A stretch of 63,631 nt of DNA, counting the filler, from Intoshia linei (lineage: Eukaryota > Animalia > Orthonectida), in the NCBI GenBank assembly GCA_001642005.1. It is 4 parts of 4 records of this genome, joined end to end, with 100 filler letters (N's around TTAATTAATTAA, not from the genome) between each part and the next. Parts side by side here need not be neighbours in the genome. Positions count along the whole stretch, not along the records: positions 29,363 to 58,466 come from LWCA01000393.1; positions 58,567 to 62,238 come from LWCA01002055.1; positions 62,339 to 63,631 come from LWCA01002687.1; 1 more part is not named here. One strand, given 5' to 3'. Both the position numbers and the translations under genes were made by a program. The first letter of the stretch is position 1. Every line of letters begins with the position of its first letter. Shown in pieces: positions 57,231 through 63,631 of this stretch. The notes beneath the pieces were generated by a model. The model saw only the letters and a program-made list of their open reading frames with translations. It did no database searches and was not told where the DNA came from.

Positions 57231-57499
57231 CAGACCCGAACCTAAAAAGCGCGGGCCATCCGAAAATGAAAAGATTCTGATAAACAGTAAACAAAATTTC
57301 GATAACGATGCGTAGTGTCCTTCAGTCCCTAGCCACCTCATCAAGGGCTTTAATTGAAATTTTAAATTTAACACCAAAAATAGTTATATTCAAGAATATA
57401 TATTTTTAAATGCTCAATTTAGAAAATTTAGGAAATCTTTTCAGAAATTTTTCGTCAAGTTTACCGAAGATGATATTGGGTACGGTAACTTCGGATCTG
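57231..57499. mobile_element. hAT-type MITE
   Basis: TIRs CAGACCCGAA...TTCGGATCTG; TSD GTTATATG/GTTATAGG (7/8). Confidence 0.7.
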
Positions 57500-57514
57500 G
57501 TTATAGGCCGTGGT

Positions 57515-57938
57515 CAGCGGTTCCCAACTTACGTCATAGTTAGTACCCCTAAACTGAAAAAAATAATTTCGTACCCCATAAAAATTTAAATGTAGTGTAA
57601 CTGTGACACCACATGAATTAAAAAAATTGTATTAAAAATTAAAAAGATTTCAAACTATACTTTACCAAAAATGAATGTCTGAAAAATCGTTAACGAGTGA
57701 ACTGACGGAATAGGGACGTACAGATTTTTAATATGCAACCTTAAAATCACAGAGACTATCAAATATACGTAAATACATAAGGAACTAAGTATATTATTAC
57801 AATTTAATTTTTATGTTCAATTATTTTTGGAAATTTAAAAAATATCTATGGTTTATGAGTCATAGTATCAGACGAGCTGGTACCCCAAAATAATTAATGG
57901 GACCCTATGGGTCCCAGTATCTCATTTTTGAACCGCTG
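57515..57938. mobile_element. hAT-type MITE
   Basis: TIRs CAGCGGTTC...GAACCGCTG; degenerate TSD GCCGTGGT/GCCTAGGT. Confidence 0.65.
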
Positions 57939-57940
57939 GC

Positions 57941-58466
57941 CTAGGTATACTCTTCCCCTATATTCTTGTCTAATATCTGTGTTTCTGTGACTGACCTCTC
58001 AATAAAGATTATTGAAAGATTAATTAATCTCTCTTGTCCCATGGTCGATCGCAAGAAGGACTTTATTAAATTCAGTTTAGAAAAGGATCTCTCACATGTG
58101 GCAATAGAAACACACACGGTCAAAAAGATTCTAAGAGCAATTGTTATGTTCGGTGCCATTTCTGTTTAATGGACAGTATAGATCCACTGCAGCAAATCAA
58201 AGACACTCCATTCCTTTAAATCTTTTATTTTTTTCTAAATAATAATTACTATTTATTACGCATATTGTAAATCACGATTTGTGATGTACCTCTTCAATAT
58301 ATGTTTTCATAAAGCCTGTAATTCTCGTTATTTCAACTTTTATTTCCTTTGCGTCTATGTCGTTATAAGCAGAACAGAGAGTATATATTTTTTCATCAAC
58401 ATTCGCCTGTTAAAAAAAAAGAAACGCTGGTTGAAGGAAACTAAATCTTGCTTCTTGAATGCTCAT
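57941..58466 (-). mobile_element. hAT transposase C-terminal dimerization-domain fragment (ZMYM1-like)
   Basis: APNITIALRIFLTVCVSIATCERSFSKLNLIKSFLRSTMGQERLINLSII. Confidence 0.88.
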
Positions 58467-58566
58467 NNNNNNNNNNNNNNNNNNNNNNNNNNNNNNNNNN
58501 NNNNNNNNNNTTAATTAATTAANNNNNNNNNNNNNNNNNNNNNNNNNNNNNNNNNNNNNNNNNNNN
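58467..58566. other. Assembly gap spacer
   Basis: N44-TTAATTAATTAA-N44. Confidence 0.97.
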
Positions 58567-59876
58567 TCAAACGCCAATTTCCGTTAAAATAAAGTTCAGT
58601 TTTAATTTTTTAATATATAGTATATATATAGAAAACTTCACTGTTAGGAGTTGGCCGAAAATATTTTACAATAGTTAATATTTTAGTAATACTATAATTT
58701 TAAGCCTTAAGGATATTTTTTCTAAATACCCATGAGACACTTTACTGTACAGTGTAAAGTAGGGTTGTCCAAAATCAAGAAAACAATAGAAAATTAAAAA
58801 GTACTTTTTACAGTTAGATAAAGTGGTATATGAGGATATAAATTATAGTATCTCTAAAATAATATATTTATTGTACAAACTTTTTTAGCCAGTTCCCAAA
58901 GGTTCAGTTAGTCAATGAAAAAATATTTTATTTCTGAAATAAAGTTTGATTGATACTTCTATGACCCAGAATACTACCATGAACTACACAATAGTGGAAA
59001 TTTTTAAAATGCAACGACAGTATGACCGCTTTGATTTTGTTGTAAAGTCAACATATAATTAACTAACATAATTTTTTAAATGGATGTATGCTGTTGGGGC
59101 TATCAATAGATTTTTAGAAAGAATCCTATATTTTTTTATAGATAATAGTAAATTGGATGCCAATATTTTAATACTGATACTTGGATGAGATTTAAGCTGA
59201 CAGGTTTTCTACATTTCAATATAATATACATTGTATATTATAATACATGTGTGCAACTTGTGGTACTAATTTATACATGGAATTAAAGGTAACTTTGAAT
59301 ACATTAATATTATACCAGTTATGGATATCATTGTCATTTTTTCAAGAATTTTAAAAACAATTTTGTGATCCCATTTTTTTAATTTATTAGAAAGAATAAA
59401 TGCATATTATACACTGTATAATCTTAGTGTGTTTAGTTTCCAATATTTCAGTCGTTATATCAATTAATGTAGTCATTAACATATCAATATTATATTGACT
59501 GCAAAAACACACGTGAAATGATCAATCGTTAACTAAAATTATAAACAATAGTCTTACACAATTTACTTTGTATATATTATTTAGCTACAGTTAATTATAT
59601 GGAAGCATAGTTGCAACAATAATTAATATTCATGTTTTAATTTAAATTGTATCGATAAAATATTAATAATCTCAAAATTCAAATATAATCAAAAATCATG
59701 AATGGTGCTACAAAGTAAATGATAACTATTAAGCAATGTGTATTATTAAGAAAAATTGATTATATAAAAACATATTGATTATTACAATAAAAAACAATTT
59801 ATTTGGATTTTAGGTAAAAAATTATCAATTTCAAAATTGTACAATCACATGTAAATATTCAACATGACTTGATACA

Positions 59877-60246
59877 ATGATTAAAGTAATTATTTTTTCA
59901 TTAATATTTTTCATGTGTAAAATACTGTCCATGACTAAATTTCATGACACAAAAAAAATTGTCCATCTGAAAAGTCCTCATCAATTGTTCAAAAGAAATG
60001 AGTTGAATTTATTCATAACCAACGATTATAATGACTATGATCCCAAATATACTATTGAAAATTACACATTGGTCATCAACATTGGAGTATTATTACCTCA
60101 AGGCACATCTTTTATTTTTCAATCCGATGTCGTCCAAAGAATTATTGAAATTGCTCAAATCAAAATGAAAACAATGCATTTTCCATTCACATTCAATTTT
60201 ACATATGTCGACTCAAAGTGCAATATTGCTGAAGCTTTAAATCAAG
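59877..60246 (+). CDS. Exon 1 of a natriuretic peptide receptor / receptor guanylyl cyclase-like protein (ANF_receptor ligand-binding domain)
   Basis: A hydrophobic signal peptide is followed by INIGVLLPQG...IIEIA...FNFTYVDSKCNIAEALNQ and a GTAATT donor at 60247. Downstream exons were not identified. Confidence 0.65.
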
Positions 60247-62238
60247 TAATTTTACTTTTTTAGAATACAATGTAATTAAATTTTTATCCTGGTAATCCCA
60301 GGCTGGGATTAAAAAATTGACTAATTTATTTCACCTACAATTGTAATATAATCATCAAGTTATGCACAATTTATACTATGCGTTATGTCAATACTTCGCG
60401 TGAAACCGAATCAATGCACAATGAATTGCACATGTGACATGTGTACCTGATCAGTGATCAGTGATCACAAATATTGGAATATTTTACCTTTTTTATGCAT
60501 ATTTTAACTATAAATTTTCAAATGTTTTACGGCTGGAGACACTAATTTGTTTTAAATTTGATTTAATCAATAAATCAATTATTCCAACATTATTATCCAT
60601 TACAAATGATATTCATGTTAAAGGTTTCGTTTTGGATAAGCATTGTTGATTGATTTTCTATAACAGTATATTATTGTTAATTGTTTTCATATTCTTAAGT
60701 ATTGTGTAATAAGAACATTTATTTTTTAATACATGTATTATAATTATATTAATTTCATATAGATGAGAATTTTATAACGTGCAAATATTATTATAGGGTG
60801 GTAGATTAAACTTTTCAGTGTATTTAGAGAGCACAAACAATTTCATGATTTTTGAAATTTTTTTATTGGTTTTTTTTCTATTTGCAATACTTAAAAATAT
60901 TTAAAAATACTCACATCTCAAGGTGAGTTCTTAAGGTGAGATTTCTGGGCCCTTAGCGGGAACAGGAATTTATTTGGCGAAGGAGGTTGCAGAGAAAATT
61001 TGGATAAACAATTTGTAACTGAATTGATTTAGAAAAACAGTGAAATTAATGAAATTATTTGACAAGTTCGTCCTCCACAGATACGGCTAATTCAGTGTTT
61101 TTGAACATTTTTTCCATTGGGTTCACTTGAAAAAAATTAGAAAATTGTAACTCAGAAGTAAATAACAACATTATAAAAATTATACATTTTTTGGGTATTT
61201 ACTGAAAATTTTTATAACATAAGATTTTTAAGGAAAAGCTTAAAATTTAAAGAAAAAAATTGTTTCTTTTCAAAAAAATCTCATCATGCAACTGACCCTC
61301 TGTGAAATAATATATGGCTCGTTTTGAATTTTTCGCTGGGCCATATAAAATGTAATGTATTATATAAAATTATTTCTTATATTCTGTACTATGAATTATT
61401 ATAAATTTTTTACATACTTATTTACTTATTTATTTACTCATTTATGTGTTTATATTAATATATAAAAGATTTATTTCTACATCAATAGAATAATCGCGTA
61501 TTCACTCTAAAATTTTTAATTTAGTTAATCATAATTCATTGTATTGTTTTGTTGTGTAAATAATTGTTTTAAATTAAATAACAATTAATATATTAACATT
61601 TATATAAACAACTCAGGTTTAATTTGATTTGTGGTAACAATAAATAATATATGAAAAGGAGTGAAAAAAATTAATTAAGCAGAAAAGCTTCATAATAAAA
61701 TACGTCAATGGTACAGACTATATCAAAAGTAGACATTATGGTTGGATTTTAATTACATTATGTAAAGTTCACTCGATTTATTTACCACAATTAAATGCTT
61801 TTATTGCTTTTATTGATTTTTTTGTATTCAAATGCAAATAAATTTTGTACCAAATTGCAATTATCTTTTTTATAATTGTATAATTCGTTTGAATTATAAA
61901 AAAAAGATAATTGGAGTTTTCAACCTTGAAGGACTCAATTTCTGAAAATAAAATTTGTCATGAAACATTACCTCGAAACACTGTATTAGAAATGGTTATT
62001 CTGGAATTGAAATTTTGTATTTATATCAACTGGAATAAGCTCTATCAGAATAATCTTTTCTTTTTTTTAATTTTCGGACCGTTAATTATTTCACATTTTT
62101 TAAATTCTAGGGCTGTTTTCATTAAAAAAGAAGGATAATTTGGGGTTTTGGCCCTGAAGATATAATTTTTTTAAATTTTCCAATTCGTTTGATTTTCAAA
62201 AAGAGGGACAATTGGGGTTTTTGACCCGTAAGATGTGA

Positions 62239-62338
62239 NNNNNNNNNNNNNNNNNNNNNNNNNNNNNNNNNNNNNNNNNNNNTTAATTAATTAANNNNNN
62301 NNNNNNNNNNNNNNNNNNNNNNNNNNNNNNNNNNNNNN
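62239..62338. other. Assembly gap spacer
   Basis: N44-TTAATTAATTAA-N44. Confidence 0.97.
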
Positions 62339-63631
62339 AAATGGTTTAAAAAGCATGCTAAACACATCAAAGAAATTACCAACATAATTATTCATAGAAA
62401 CAAACAAAAAAATTGAATATACATAAAATAATGTTATTTTTAAATTTATCCTAACATTTTTATATGAATTTCAATGTTTTTTAATGTAATTTCAATTTCA
62501 ATGAATTTCAATAATTACATTCGAGGGGGTAAATATTAACCTATTTTATTTTTTTTGAGTGATAAATGCTTAAAATCAAAAAAGGCATCCAGATGAAAAA
62601 TGTGTTTTTCTAATAAAAAAAAGTGGACACCCTATTGATCATGTATAATATAAAATGTGTATTACACATTGTGTAGGCATCAAGTACGACAGTTTTTTGT
62701 TGACATATTGACCCATCTAATTACTTTATGTACTTTTCCATTACACACAATTATTTTTAGTTAAATCTGCATTGCGAATGATGCAAAGATAGATCTATAT
62801 TCTGTTATTGGAAATTTAAGAAATTTTTATTTAAAATAAATCATTTAATATACACTGATTTAAACTTTACGCTATTAGTGCGAAAGAAATACACTAATCC
62901 ATTTATATTAATATTTTCTATACAAATGTTTTAAAATATTTATAAATCATAAGTATATTACTATTATTCTAAAATTTTTTCAATTCCTGGCACTGACTAA
63001 TAGTGGAAGCTTTATTGTACTTACTAATTACACAAACCACCATAAAATGTATTGATAATTGACTTACCAGATGGGAACAGTACTAACGTATTGTATATAA
63101 TTTAACCATTAAAAGTTTTATAGACGTGTTACAAAAAATTTAACATTTAAATTTACACAGATAAACAAAGGAAATACTGAAGAATATGAACCACACTCGA
63201 TATATGGAACAAATGGTCTACTTAAATGTAATAAACAGAACAATTTAATTATAATAGAAAGTCTAAATATACATAGCAATTTAAAAATTGCAAAGTACAC
63301 ATGAAACTGGGATGTATGAAAATAAAAAAAGTAAATGTAAAAAGGAAGAAGAAAATGTAAAAATATGTACATTAAATATTTCAAAAAACGTTCTAGAAAA
63401 AGCCAGATTGGCTAAAACTAACTATAAACGAATGATTGGAAATTCCGACAAAATACTCAATGATAAAACGAATGAAAGAGTACAAAGAGCTATATATGTG
63501 TATACTAATCAACCTACAACTCATAAAACAAAATCACCCATAAATAAAAATCCCATAAACAAAGAAGCTGCTAAAACCATCATTAAACAATCAAATGTAT
63601 ATATTGGCAAAAAATTTGTAAAGTCAATGTT

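Overview
Very AT-rich eukaryotic (metazoan-type) genomic DNA with many short (~30-60 nt) GT-AG introns and larger introns filled with DNA-transposon debris. The style fits a compact parasite-type animal genome such as an orthonectid, but this is an inference and is not verified. Recognisable host genes are CFAP91 (-), NUP160 (-), PDAP1 (+, first exon not found), ETFA (-, intronless), a cytosolic carboxypeptidase AGBL2/CCP2-like gene (-), CANT1 apyrase (-, 5' end not found) and exon 1 of a natriuretic-peptide-receptor/receptor guanylyl cyclase-like gene (+). The standout is a ~5.6 kb patchwork at 29363-34975, immediately upstream of a PDAP1 splice acceptor. It holds degraded polymerase fragments from three unrelated RNA-virus lineages (virga/Martellivirales-like, nodavirus-like, rhabdovirus-like L), one unassigned possibly viral insert, and Harbinger, hAT and Tigger transposase fragments. 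Every identifiable piece lies on the minus strand, making it a candidate uni-strand piRNA-cluster-like archive of past infections. All family assignments come from motifs recognised by eye, not database searches. Three N44-TTAATTAATTAA-N44 blocks are assembly gap spacers.
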